Shown here: piece after piece, positions 23,100 to 36,274 of the stretch | How positions within the stretch are numbered: position 1 is the first letter of the stretch | Layout: every line of letters starts with the position of its first letter | Source: Octopus vulgaris | Taxonomy: Eukaryota | Direction: 5' to 3' | NCBI GenBank assembly: GCA_951406725.2 | Contig: OX597838.1 | Coordinates: 9,920,001 to 9,984,000, forward strand | DNA: 64,000 nt | Position numbers and translations under genes: made by a program | Notes under the pieces: generated by a model | The model's input: only the letters and a program-made list of their open reading frames with translations | What the model was told of the DNA's origin: nothing | Databases searched by the model: none

Positions 23100-23469
23100 C
23101 TACCAGCACTATGACCCGGCAACGTCGGGTCATAGTGCTAGTGCATGCATACACAGCTGCGTGCGTGCGCACATACACGCGAGTACTGTCCAAATCTCCG
23201 ACCAATCACATACAACTAGCTGGCATTCAATTGGCGTATCAAGTTTCGGGCATTTTGATTGGGTTTTGGATAGAAAATTCACAAAAAAGTCACTTCTATT
23301 GATTTTTTTAAATGGCTTTGCGGGGTGACTGGGGAAATGTAAAGATGTGCACGACCACCCTTGGACGGTTTTGAATGACCATAGAAAGTGCGAGCCCTCT
23401 AACTGAAAAATTGTGGATTTGTATAAAGGACACACACACAGACATTTTGCCGTTTATATATAGAAAGAT
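23100..23469 (-). mobile_element. Non-autonomous Helitron-like element
   Basis: Terminal hairpin agcactatgacccg/cgggtcatagtgct; other end tctttctatatataaacggc on the minus strand. Confidence 0.7.
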
Positions 23470-23591
23470 AACCCTTTGTGGCTTTGTTGTAAAAATGTTT
23501 ATTATTTGTGTGACTTGTGGGAATTCCACAGTGTACGTCAGCAGATCTATATTTACATCTGCTGATGTATGTGTCTTAAAATACCAATAAA

Positions 23592-24020
23592 CATTTAATC
23601 TGGCCATATCCAGCCCAAGAGTTTTACCTGTTTTATGTTAAAACTGACCAGATCCGACCTCTGACACCTACCCTGCAATGTCATTCTAAAAATATATACA
23701 AACACTCTATTGAAATCTTGAAGCTACAAGAAAATACATGATTAATTCAAAACAATGTGAATAAATTAGCATCTCATTTGACAGAGTAGTCTTAACCCTT
23801 TAGTGTTCGCATTATTCTGCCAAAATTAATCCTTTTTTATCCACATTGTTTTGAATTAATCATTCATTATCTTGTAGCTTTGAGATTTTGATGAGGTAGC
23901 TGTTAATTTTTGAAACGGTATTGTAGGGTTGGTGTGAGAGACCAGATCTGGCCAGTTTGAACATAAAACAGGCAGAATACTTTTGGCTGGATATGGCTGG
24001 TTTAAATGCTAAAGGATTAG
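23592..24020. mobile_element. Two adjacent, oppositely oriented copies of a piggyBac-type MITE
   Basis: Family with ttaaccctttag...ctaaagggttaa ends (TTAA target); 23592-23790 is the reverse complement of 23792-24020. Confidence 0.75.
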
Positions 24021-24480
24021 ACCTAATAACAAATAACAAAAAAAAAAATGTCAGTGCCCCAGCATGGCCACACTCATGTGTTAATTTCACTTTAATTTAA
24101 GTCCCTGTCAATATATCTTTTAATGCATACATTTATTGATCTTCACGACATTGATTCATTGAATCAAATTGAACAAGTTTCAGCTCATGAGCTGCGACCA
24201 TGCTGGGGCACTGCCATTATTATGTTAAACATTTTAACTGCCTGCGATTTGAACACACAAATGCCAGAATCACAATGGCCTTCTCATTCTTTCTCTTTGT
24301 CACTGATTCCGCTATTCATTTCTCTGTCTCTCTTTTTCTTCCTTCTCTTACCTTCCTTAAGCATAAGCATAACGCACAGACAAAATTAGACAAACTGCAG
24401 GAACACAGAGAATATTATTACCCTGTTGATTGACAGAATCATTAGTGTCAGACAAAATACCTTGTGGTATTTGTTACACA

Positions 24481-24826
24481 AGGCAGCGAGCTGGCAGAAA
24501 CGTTAGCACGCCAGGCAAAATGCTTTGCGGTATTTCGTCTGCCGTTACATTCTGAGTTCAAATTCCGTTGAGGTCAACTTTGCCTTTCATCCTTTCGGGG
24601 TCGATAAATTAAGTACCATTTGTCTGTCCTTGTTTGTCCTCTCTGTGTTTAGCCCCTTGTGGGTAATAAAGAAATAGGTATTTCGTCTGCCGTTACGTTC
24701 TGAGTTCAAATTCCATCGAGGTCAACTTTGCCTTTCATCCTTTCGGGGCCGATAAATTAAGTACCATTTGTCTGTCCTTGTTTGTCCTCTCTGTGTTTAG
24801 CCCCTTGTGGGTAGTAAAGAAATAGG
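24481..24826 (+). mobile_element. SINE family B head-to-tail dimer
   Basis: Second unit restarts at ggtatttcgtctg (24677); TSD ggtatttgttaca at 24466-24478 and 24825-24837. Confidence 0.88.
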
Positions 24827-24936
24827 TATTTGTTACATTTAAATTGTGCCATTGTCAACTCTGCTTTTCATCCCTCCAGGGGTGATAAACTAAAGTACCA
24901 GTAAAGTTCTGAGATCCAAGGTTTTGACTAACTCTC

Positions 24937-25166
24937 CTTAATACTTCAGTGTTCAGATCATTCTGTCAAATGTAATGCTTATTTCTTCCCATTGTTTTCT
25001 ATTAATCATGCATCATCTCATTACTTTGAGATTTCAATGATGTGATTAATTTCATTTTGAATGACATTGTTGGGTAAGTGTGAGAGGCCAGATCTGGCAA
25101 GTTTGAACGTAAAACAGGTTGAAAATTTGGGGCTGGATCTGGCCAGTTTAAATACTTAAGGGTTAA
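24937..25166 (+). mobile_element. piggyBac-type MITE
   Basis: Homologous to 23792-24020; ends aagggttaa. Confidence 0.7.
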
Positions 25167-25959
25167 AATTGCAGTCTTTGTCTAAAATAGAAACTGTTCC
25201 TCTTTTTCATTCTCAGTTCAAATGCTACTGAGGTCAACTTTCTGGGATTTACAAAATAAAGCACCATTGAAATACTGGGAGTCAGTGTCATCGAATTACT
25301 CCTTCCCTCAAAATTGCTGGCCTTGTGCCAAAACTTGAAACCATTAAAAGGGGGCAGCAAGTTGGCAGAATTATTACTACACCAGACAAACTGCTTAGTG
25401 GCTTTTCTTCTGGCATTTTAAGTTCAAATTCTGTTGAGACTGGCTTTGTCATTCGTCTTTTCAGGGGTTGATAAAATAAGTACCGGTTGAGCACTGAAGT
25501 TGATCCACTTGCCCAGACCCCCCCAAAAAAAAATTGCTGGCCTTGTGCCAAACTTTGAAACAAACCATTGTTGTGATTATTATTCAAGGTGGCAAGCTTG
25601 CAAAGTCAATAGCATGCTGGGCAAAATGCTTAGCAACATTTCATTTGGCCTTATGTTGAGTTCAAATTCTGTTGAGGTCGACTTTGCCTTTCCTTCTTTT
25701 GGGGTCAATGAAATAAGTATCAGTTCGGTACTGGGGTCGATGTGATCAACATGTCCCCTCCCCCGAACTTCCTAGCCTTGTGCCAAAATTTGAAACCATT
25801 ATTATTATTATTACTATTACCAAAGTACTAAATGTATTCTTTTCTTTCCCGAGTTCAATTCACACCAGGGCAGGCTTTGCTTATTATTTTGCAGAGTTAA
25901 CACTGTAAGTGCTGCTCTTACTCAATAACAACCACCTTCTACAGTTGTATGGCCTTGTG

Positions 25960-26287
25960 TGGAGGCGCAATGTGAGTGTTTATTGAGCGAAAACACCTAA
26001 AGCTCCACGAGGCTCCAGCAGGGGATGGTGGTGATCCTTGCTGTACTCTTTCACCACAACTTTCTCTCACTCTTCCTTCCTGTTTCTGTTGTACCTGTAT
26101 TTCAAAGGGCCGGCCTTGTCACTCTCTGTGTCACGCTGAATATCCCCGAGAACTACGTTAAGGGTGCCTGTGTCTGTGGAGTGCTCAGCCACTTACACGT
26201 TAATTTCACGAGCAGGCTGTTCCGTTGATTCGGATCAACCGGAACCCTCGTCGTCATAACCGACAGAGTGCTTCCATCCATCCATCC
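25960..26287 (+). mobile_element. SINE of a fourth family, internally deleted, (CCAT)n tail
   Basis: TSD atggccttgtg at 25949-25959 and 26288-26298; related fragment on the minus strand at ~58110-58227. Confidence 0.7.
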
Positions 26288-26888
26288 ATGGCCTTGTGCC
26301 AATCCAAGAATTTATTATCATTTGCAAATATCTCCTGTCTTCTCTGCTTTAAAATACCACTGTTGTCTTAAATACAGTTCCCATTAATTCAGCTGTTGAG
26401 GTTCATTATTACTTGCTATTGTTTTCAAACCAACATGTCAGTTATCGTTTGTTATTCATTATATGATAACTGGTTATCTATTTTTTTGATTACTTATTTA
26501 TCTCGTTCGTTATTTCAATCATTTCTTTACTAATCTATCCTTAATTAACAACACTGTCAGATAGAAAAGTTTGTCATTGCTATGTATCTTGCATTTCTAA
26601 TGAAACCCATACAAATGTGATATATACACACACACACACATACACACACAAAATCATTTATCATTCATTATCCCCGTCATTTTTTCACATCCATTTTCTA
26701 TGTTTGTTTGAGTTGGACCATACCTGTCTGTCTGTCACTATCTATTTGTCTATCTGTCTTGTCTGTCTGTCTGTCCATCCATCCATCATGACATACAGAC
26801 AGACAGCTAGCTAGCTAGACAGGTAAGTGGCTAGATATACAGTCATACATACAGATAGATAGATATATATATCTAGGTTCAGGTATGG

Positions 26889-27360
26889 TTTGAATACCCT
26901 CTACATTTACACTTCAACCCCCACCCCCACTTTTCAACTGCCCATTTCCAACCCTTTCTGCTTGCATTTCTTACTCCCTCATTTCCACCGCCTTGGTCTA
27001 AATGCTTTAATCCACTCACAAGGCTTTGGTTGGCCCGAGGCTATAGTAGAAGACACTTGCCCAAGGTGCCACGCAGTGGGACTGAACCCGGAACCACGTG
27101 GTTGGTAAGCAAGCTACTTACCACACAGCCACTCCTGCACCTTAGCAACCACATGGTTTCGGGTTCAGTCCCACTGCGTGGCACCTTTGGCAAGTGTCTT
27201 CTACCATAGCCTCTGGCCAACCAAAGCCTTGTGAGTGGATTAAAGCATTTAGACCAAGGCGGTGGAAATGAGGGAGTAAGAAATGCAAGCAAAAGGGTCA
27301 GAAATGGGCAGTTGAAAAGTGGGGGTGGGGGTTGAAGTGTAAGTGTAGAGGGTGTTCAAA
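26889..27360. repeat. ~220 bp-arm palindrome (unique flank plus SINE A head), 31-nt spacer
   Basis: 26889-27109 is the reverse complement of 27141-27360 with scattered mismatches. Confidence 0.92.
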
Positions 27361-27943
27361 ATTGTAGGATGTGTACATTTGGTCAGGTGACCTGAGAGGG
27401 CAGAGGGAAAAGCAACATCACATCAGAAAGGGTGGTGGTGGGGAGGGGTAGAAAGAGGGTAAGAGCATGATAGGAAAAGATGAACAAAAGAAAGGGTGGG
27501 TGATGAGATAAAGGGGGTAAGAAGGTGGTTGTTGAGTGGCAGTTAAGGTGGTCCAGTGAAGTGAATTATTGCATGGTTGGTTGAGTGTATTGAATTGGAG
27601 GGGGTTGAGAGTGATCCAGTACAGCCCCAAGGGGTCAGTTCGAATGTGAGTGAAGCAGGGAATGAACTGTAGGTATGATACTGTATTACTTTTCCTATAA
27701 TGAAGGAACAAATTCATCAGTTAACAAAAGGGTTAATATAAATCTCTAATTGTACTCTGTCTAATCTGGTTTCTCCTTTCTTCTCTTGTTCTAGTTTTCT
27801 CACATTAATTACCTGTTGCAGGTGAAGGAGTTTTTGAAGATTTTATTTTTTATTGCCACGTTTGGATGTTGGTTCTATCATTTAATCATTTATAAAAATT
27901 ACATATAAGTTCATATATTTCTACATGAATCTATCGAAGTGTG

Positions 27944-27979
<36 letters not shown>

Positions 27980-29027
27980 ATACATATATATATATCTTTA
28001 AATTGTTTCAGCTGTCATGCTGGGGCACCACTGTTATATATTTCTTCATGAATTACATTTTATCTATATAGTGCTTTCAAAGTTGTGTGGAATTTGTGGT
28101 CCCTTGGTTGAGAAAAATGCTAGAGTTAATGTCAGGAAAGGTGTCTGACTGTCAGAGTAGACCTCAAATAGCATAGTCATCCAACCCATGGAAGCATGGT
28201 AAAATGGATTAAGAATGAATGTATTCTATCAGTGTCTTTTGCTGAAACCACTAAGTTAGGAGGGATGTAAATAAACTAACACCAGCTGTCAAGCAATGGG
28301 GAGAAGGCATACAAAAAGACACACATACTCATCTCTCTCTCTCTCTTTCATATATGATGGGCTTCCACACAGTTTCTGGTACTTTTTGGTTATCCCACCC
28401 CCATTAAAAAATTTTGTTATATCCCCCAACTAAAAAAAAATTGTTTAACCCTCAATAAAACAAAAGAAAAAAATGAAAAATTAATGAAGATGATAACTGA
28501 AATAATTAAACATCTTATTGAATCTAATAAAATTCTTATAACAAATCATTCATACCATGCCTATTGAGGAGGCCAAAAGTCAACAATGGGTTGAAGTATT
28601 GAATCAAAAGGATCTAACCCTTTTAATCCAATCTCTTGTCACCACATAAAAAATCAACTTTTTAGTGGGGAGATGGCCCAATTTTTTAATGGGGAATGCG
28701 ATAACCAAAAAGCACCCAGTTTCTTTCTACCAAGTTAACTTACAAAGCATTGGCTGGTCCAAGGCCATAGCAGAAAACACCTGCCCAAAGTGCCACACCC
28801 TGGGGTTGAACCTGAAACCATGTGGTTGCAAAGTGAGTTTCTTAACCACACTGCCAAGCCTAAAAGTTTTTTGTTTTTTTTTAATTTTTAAATCAAGTAC
28901 TACTAAATGATAATAATAAATACGCTTTGTTAATGTATTGTTTATGCATGGCCATGTGTAAATGCAGCACTGAGAGAACTTGGGTCCTCACTAAAGGAAA
29001 CGACCCCATGGTTGTATTCAGAATTCC

Positions 29028-29371
29028 AGGTGCAGGAGTGGCTGTGTGGTAAGTAGCTTGCTAACCAACCACATGGTTCCGGGTTCAGTCCCACTGTGTG
29101 GCATCTTGGGCAAGTGTCTTCTGCTATAGCCCCGGGCCGACCAAAGCCTTGTGAGGGGATTTGGTAGACGGAAACTGAAAGAAGGCTGTCGTATATATGT
29201 ATATATATATATCATCATCATCGTCGTTTAACGTCCGTTCTCCATGCTAGCATGGGTTGGACGGTTCGACCGGGGTTCTGGGAAGCCAGAAGGCTGCACC
29301 AGGCTCCAGTCTAATCTGGCAATGTTTCTACAGCTGGATGCCCTTCCTAACGCCAACCACTCCGTGAGTGT

Positions 29372-29427
<56 letters not shown>

Positions 29428-29628
29428 ATGTGTTTGTCCCCCTAGCATTGCTTGACAATCGATGCTGGTGTGTTTACCACCCCGTCACTTAGCGGTTCGG
29501 CAAAAGAGACCGATAGAATAAGTACTGGGCTTACAAAGAATAAGTCCCGGGGTCGATTTGCGCGACTAAAGGCAGTGCTCCAGCATGGCCGCAGTGAAAT
29601 GACTGAAACAACTAAAAGAGTAAAGAGA
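29028..29628 (+). mobile_element. SINE A with a SINE C (minus, ~29212-29372) nested in its central TA tract
   Basis: Both consensus sequences recognisable. Confidence 0.88.
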
Positions 29629-30391
29629 GTATGTGACCTGAACTTCATTTTAAAAAAAAGAAAAAAAACACTATCTTTGTGCATGTGTGTACATGATCTG
29701 GAATACTTATAAGCTGTAGGGGTCTTTGGGAATTTTATGGTATTGAACTTCATGTAAAGGAAATAAAACAAATAAAATAAACCTTTTGAATTTGTGATTT
29801 TTCTGAAAAACCCTTTCTGTTAAGGTAATAATATAAGAACATATCAGCTTAGGAAGTGAGCAACAATTGAGGTGGTAGACTGCTACTAACTGAAAGGTCA
29901 CAAAGGTGAAATTTTGCTTGTAGGAAAAACTTGTTTATGATTCAGCTTCCTTCAAGTTCTCTCTCTCTCTCTCTCCCTCTACCATCACTGCCACCATCAC
30001 CAAATGTTTGAACTGGTTTTATCTGTTTAAGTCATTAAACTGCAGCCATGCTGAGGCTTTGTCTTGAAAGGTTTAGTCTAGTGGTTCTCCACCATTTTCA
30101 TCTATGGACCCCTTTGTTTACCAGATTTCATTCTGGTGATAGCCTTGGATGTTCAAGAATTAAGTTCATAGATACTTCATTCAGTTTTTTTTTTTATGTT
30201 TGTTTGTTTTGCAAGATTCTTGATGAGAAATGATGTGTTGAAAGATTTTGTTATATTTTTTTTTTTTTTTTTTTTTTTGCTTCTGAAAATCACACATCTT
30301 GTGACCTCTTCAGCAACTCTCCATCCCATGTCTCCTGTTCTGTTTAGAGAATTTGGCAAAAAAAAAAAAGAAAAGAAAAAGAAAGTTCAAT

Positions 30392-30797
30392 ATAGGCGCA
30401 GGAGTGGCTGTGTGGTAAGTAGCTTGCTAACCAACCACATGGATCCGGGTTCAGTCCCACTGCATGGCATCTTGGGCAAGTGTCTTCTGCTATAGCCCCA
30501 GGCCGACCAATGCCTTGTGAGTGGATTTGGTAGACGGAAACTGAAAGAAGCCTGTCGTATATATGTATATATATATATGTGTGTGTGTATGTCTGTGTTT
30601 GTCCCCCTAGCATTGCTTGACAACCGATGCTGGTGTGTTTACGTCCCCGTCACTTAGCGGTTCGGCAAAAGAGACCGATAGAATAAGTACTGGGCTTACA
30701 AAGAATAAGTCCCGGGGTCGATTTGCTCGACTAAAGGTGGTGCTCCAGCATGGCTGCAGTCAAATGACTGAAACAAGTAAAAGAGTAAAGAGAGAGT
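30392..30797 (+). mobile_element. SINE family A, young full-length
   Basis: Near-consensus. Confidence 0.92.
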
Positions 30798-31349
30798 ATA
30801 ACATCTTTCAAAATTCCCATTTAGTCACACATTCACTTGTATGAGTTGAACTATGTCAGATGTGAAAGAAAGAAGCCTAAGCTGTTACTTGCAAGAAATA
30901 CATTTAAATCAAAACTTTACATGGACACATATTCTACTGTGGATCCCCAGTTTACTATTTTCCTTGCATGGACCCTAGTTAAGAATCACTGGTTTAGCCT
31001 AAGGAATTGGCCCCAGCATTGATTTTTTTCTTAGCCTGCTATGGACTATTTTTGTCGAATCAATAAGTTACAGAGACATAAACAAACCAACACTGGTGTC
31101 AAGTGGTGGTGTGAGACAGGCACATGTGTGCACACACAAAACTATCTTCTTTCAGTTTCTGTCTACCTAATTTGAGTCTTTAGAAGACTCCTGCTCAATG
31201 TGTCACACACTAGGACTGAACTCAGACCCGTGTGATTGGAAAGCAATCTTCTTACCACATGTTAGAAATGAATTTTAATATATTAATTAAATTTATTAAT
31301 GAACTAGAGATAATTGAAAAACATACAAGTAAATGCTGAAAAGCTGTCT

Positions 31350-31921
31350 TAAACCCTTAAGCTTTTAGATTACTCTGTCAAATGTAATACCTATTTATCC
31401 ACATTGTTTTGAATTAATCATACGTTATTTGTGACTTTGAGATGTTAATGATGTGATTGTGTATTAGCAGAATGACATTGTAGGGTAGGTGCGAGAAGCG
31501 AGATCTGACCCGTTTGAACATGAAACAATTAAATATTTGGGCTGGATATGGCCAGTTTAAATACTCTCTCTCTATCCGCTCAGTCGAAGACGACTCTCGG
31601 TCACTCATTGGATCAGTGTCCTCCAGTCAGTTCTATCCTGGGCTGCTTCTTTCAGATTGGCTATGTCCATTCCGGTATCACTCTTGATAATGTCAAGCCA
31701 GCGGGTTCTTGGTCGGCCTCTTCCTCTCTTGCCACTGACCATTCCGAGCATGATGTCCTTCTCCAGGGATTTTCTCCGCATAATATGACCGAAATATGCC
31801 AATCTATGCTTGGTGATCCTAGCTTCTAGTGGCATTTTCGGCCTGATCTGCTTAAGAACTTCTCCATTGGTGAGCCTCGCTGTCCATGGAATCCGTAAAA
31901 GTTTAAATACTAAAGGGTTAA
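31350..31921 (+). mobile_element. piggyBac-type MITE interrupted near its end by an RTE
   Basis: aaacccttaagc...taaagggttaa; homologous to 23792-24020. Confidence 0.7.
31566..31899 (-). mobile_element. 5'-truncated RTE/BovB-like LINE
   Basis: RIPWTARLTNGEVL...LAYFGHIMRR.SLEKDIMLG.VSGKRGRGRPRTRWLD; 12-bp TSD agtttaaatact at 31554-31565 and 31900-31911. Confidence 0.92.
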
Positions 31922-32238
31922 AAACAGGAAACAGATGTGAAAACAATAAACATCAAGTATTAATTGAATTTATCACATTCTCTGGCTTAATGCATCAATT
32001 GACATAAGCAATATGTTGGTCTGGGAAATATTTCTCCTAGATATTTATTTTTCTGAAGAATGGTTCTGAATGTATTTCATTTATTCTGGTGCATCATACA
32101 CAAATATCTTTTTCTAATTCAGTAGAGCTGAAAATAGCCTCGAATCTGACTGACATATGGGAACAGCATACAATTTGAACAAAGCTGACAGCACTACCAT
32201 GTGACACATCTAGAAATAAATATAGTGTGTACTAATTA

Positions 32239-32430
32239 TAGGCGCAGGAGTGGCTGTGTGGTAAGTAGCTTGCTTACCAACCACATGGTTCCGGGTTCAG
32301 TCCCACTGCGTGGCACCTTGGGCAAGTGTCTTCTACTATAGCCTCGGGCCGACCAAAGCCATGTGAGTGGATTTGGTAGACGGAAACTGAAAGAAGCCCG
32401 TCGTATATATATATATATATATTTCCCAGA

Positions 32431-32468
<38 letters not shown>

Positions 32469-32678
32469 TGTGTGTCTGTGTTTGTCCCCCTAGCATTGCT
32501 TGACAACCGATGCTGGTGTGTTTATGTCCCCGTTACTTAGCGGTTCGGCAAAAGAGACTGATAGAATAAGTACTGGGCTTACAAAAGAATAAGTCCCGGG
32601 ATCGAGTTGCTCGATTAAAGGCGGTGCTCCAGCATGGCTGCAGTCAAATGACTGAAACAAGTAAAAGAGTAAAAGAGT
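32239..32678 (+). mobile_element. SINE family A, full-length
   Basis: Near-consensus; short templated insert in the central TA tract. Confidence 0.92.
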
Positions 32679-33698
32679 AATTAATATGTCCTCCGTATGC
32701 AAGCTGAGAGATCTTCAAACTGTACATACTTTACACACTTTGATAGACCTTGTGAAAGCACTCATTACATACATAGGAACAGTGCAGCTCAAACTCAATG
32801 ATAATATAATAAAATAACATTGTGTAACAAAATTTAATTTTTTTTTTTTTGTCTTTGGTCAGTGTTATTTCCTATTTGCTTTTCTGACCTGGACATCAAT
32901 GTCTTAAAACTGACCTATTTTCCATTACATTTCAAACAGATTCAGCACAGAGTTGCTGAAGCAGAAATATCATTATAACAAATATTCTGCTCAATACCAT
33001 AGATTTGCTTGTCAGTTGCTTGACCTTAACCACTTGAGCATGTTCCTTTGTGACTGACAATATGTGCATCTCTGATCATGAGTACTAGTAGTAGGGGAGC
33101 ATCATAGCCATGTGTTAAAAGGGATTCTTTGGGGTTTGAATAAATATTGTAACAAAAGCAAAGTTTGAAGGAAATATTAGCCATTTTTTAAATACTCCCT
33201 AGGGGTGAAGAAATAACAGTTGCTACCCAAGGACAAAAATTTTTTGGGGGGTGGGATACTTGTTACATTAATCCCAGTGCTCAATTGGTACTTATTTTAT
33301 CGACTCAAAAGAATGAAAGGCAAAGTCAACTTTGGCAGAATTTGAACTCAGAATGTGTAGGTGAACAAAATGCTGTTGAACATTTTGTCTAGCGTGCCAA
33401 GGCTTCTACCTGCTCACCTTTTTTCATAATGATTTTAGTAACTTATCTCTTAATTCTAGCTTATCTCATTGTCATAATCTATTTGTTTCAGTCATTGGAC
33501 TGTGGCTTTACTGGGGCACTGTCTTGAAGGGGTTTAGTTGAACAAATCAACCCCAGTACTTATTTTTAAGACTGGTACTTATTCTGTTGATCACTTTTGC
33601 CAAATAACTTAAATTACAGGGATGTAAACAAAGCAATACCAGTTCTCAAACATTGGGGTGGGGACAAAGGCATACATAATGTGTGTGTGTACAAAGGT

Positions 33699-33741
<43 letters not shown>

Positions 33742-33794
33742 GAGAGAGAGAGAGAGAGAGGCACATCTATGTGTGTATGAGGTTTCCTGTTTGC

Positions 33795-33846
<52 letters not shown>

Positions 33847-34938
33847 ATGGACTTCCAGATTGTTTCTGCTTTCCAAATCGGGCGTCCTGTAAAAACTTTT
33901 CTCATGTGCAACTTTTGCCTTTTTTTGCAAAAAGTGTGGGGGGGGTCCCTTCAGTTTTATCGATTTTTCTCCTAGAAAGGGGTATCTCTAGGCCATCAGT
34001 AATGTGGTAGTGACCTTACCTGGGTAAATTTGCTGTTTAATAAAAAAAAACTTGCTTCATACACATATGCATGTGTGTGTGTGTGTGTATGTATACTGTG
34101 TGGTTAGAAGTTTACTTTCTACAACAGTCGGAGTTGTCTTTTTTATTGTTGTTATTGCTTGTAAGGTTGAATAGTTAAAAGTTACTTTCTAAACAGTAAT
34201 TTGATCAAAATAAATGTTCTTCCAGGTACAGATTGAACAAAAGTGTCTGTTCTTCATTCAGACTATGGTAAACCATCACAGCACTATCAAGGGCTTGCCA
34301 GCTCAGTATAGACAATTTTAAGGGAGTTACCTTCTTTAGAGGGTGATAGATAATGCCACTGTAATTTATTACACAATAGACTAAGGCAAATAAAGAAATT
34401 CCAGTCCTATCTAGCAGCAGTTAAGCTAATCATTGTTAATATTACCTTCTAAAATACTCAGTTGCTAATGTTGTAAATAGTTAAGTATGGTCCATTCTAT
34501 TTAAATGCTGGTAGCTGACTAACTATCATTTAGGTGACTATCAAAGTACACCAGATGTCAAACTAGTACACTTGTACATATTTTTCTCCATTTCCTTAAA
34601 CTTTAGCTTAAATATTAATTGAACACACACAAAAAAATATTTTCAGATTTAAAAAGTATTACCCCTTGCTTTCAAAGAATCCAAAATAAAAAAATAAAAA
34701 ATATAATATTTAAAAAATAATAAAACAAGCTGATGATTGTAAGAAACAGAACATATGGTGAAGCATATCTATGTCCAAATCTATAAAAGAATCAAAACAA
34801 GGTTTGTCATATGGGTTTTATTAATGACAACCTGAAATTTGAGTTACCTCAGGGTTTGGAGAACCTCTTACCCATTGGAGAAATTTCAGAAGGACAGAAC
34901 AATGCTCAGTCTCTGTCGCCATCTACAAGCGCTGAGTT

Positions 34939-35130
34939 CATCATCATCATCATCATCATTTAGCGTCCGTTTTCCATGCTAGCATGGGTTGGACGGTTCA
35001 ACTGGGGTCTGTGAAGCTGGAAGGCTTCATCAGGCCCAGTCAGATCTGGCAGAGTTTCTACAGCTGGATGCCCTTCCTAACGCCAACCACTCCGTGAGTG
35101 TAGTGGGTGCTTTTTACGTGCCACCGACAC
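34939..35130 (-). mobile_element. SINE family C inserted in the left arm
   Basis: (cat)n tail; flanked by agtt on both sides. Confidence 0.88.
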
Positions 35131-35725
35131 AGTTAGCTGTGACATATTGTAATACTTTTTGTATTATTCAATACTTAGGGATGTTTGGTTTCACTTAACA
35201 TTTATTTCTGGACACTGTCAAAGGCTAAGACAGGAATAAGTTTGAGGCAGGATTTTTATGGTCATATGTGCTTCCTGTTGTCAACCCTTCTGTTTTTCAA
35301 GTAAGGAACCATTTTGTATATTTACTAGTTTTGAGATAGTTTTCTGACAAGATGACTGAAGAGCTAGAGCTAAAAACCCAATGTAAATAATCTGTTTTGA
35401 TAAACCATGGCTGGAGTTTGTTTTTAGTATCAGAGATGAATTGTAAGTGCATATGAGTGTGTTGGAGCTTATCTATGCTGAAATCATAGGTTATATTAAA
35501 TTATTGGTTTGCTTTATGATTTAAACTCTTTTTTTTTAAATTTGTTTTCTTTTTTATATGATGTAGGCATAGCTGTGTGATAAGCAGTTTGCTTCCCGAC
35601 CACATCACATGTTTCTGGGTTCAGTTTGCACTGTATGGCAACTTTGACAAGTGTCTACTATAGCCTCTGACCAACCAAAGCCTTGTGAGTGGATATGGTA
35701 GATGGAAACTGAAAGAAGCCCATCA

Positions 35726-35771
<46 letters not shown>

Positions 35772-36007
35772 TACATATATGTAAAGTATTGGGGTCTATT
35801 CATTTGACTAAAAATTTGAGGTGGTGCCCCAGCATGGCTGCAGTCTAATGACTGAAACAAGTAAAAGATGAGTTTTTAGAGACATCATCAGACTGACTTA
35901 GACTCATTGGGTGATGCATGAAATGGTCTGACTGCTTCAGCTGCCATCTAGGTTTATTGTGAGTCTTACAATATGTCACAGCTAACTCAGCACTTGTAGA
36001 TGGCAAT

Positions 36008-36274
36008 GGACAGTGAGCATTGTTCATCATCATTTAGCGTCCGCTTTCCATGCTAGCATGGGTTGGACGGTTCAACTGGGGTCTGTGAAGCTGGAAGGCT
36101 TCGTCAGGCCCAGTCAGATCTGGCAGTGTTTCTATGGCTGGATGCCCTAGAAACACTGCCAGATCTGACTGGGCCTGACGAAGCCTTCCAGCTTCACAGA
36201 CTCCAGTTGAACCGTCCAACCCATGCTAGCATGGAAAGCGGATGCTAAATGATGATGAACAATGCTCACTGTCC
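36008..36274. repeat. Near-perfect 127-bp-arm hairpin built from a SINE C 3' end plus flank
   Basis: 36008-36134 / 36148-36274, two mismatches by my count, 13-nt loop. Confidence 0.95.
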
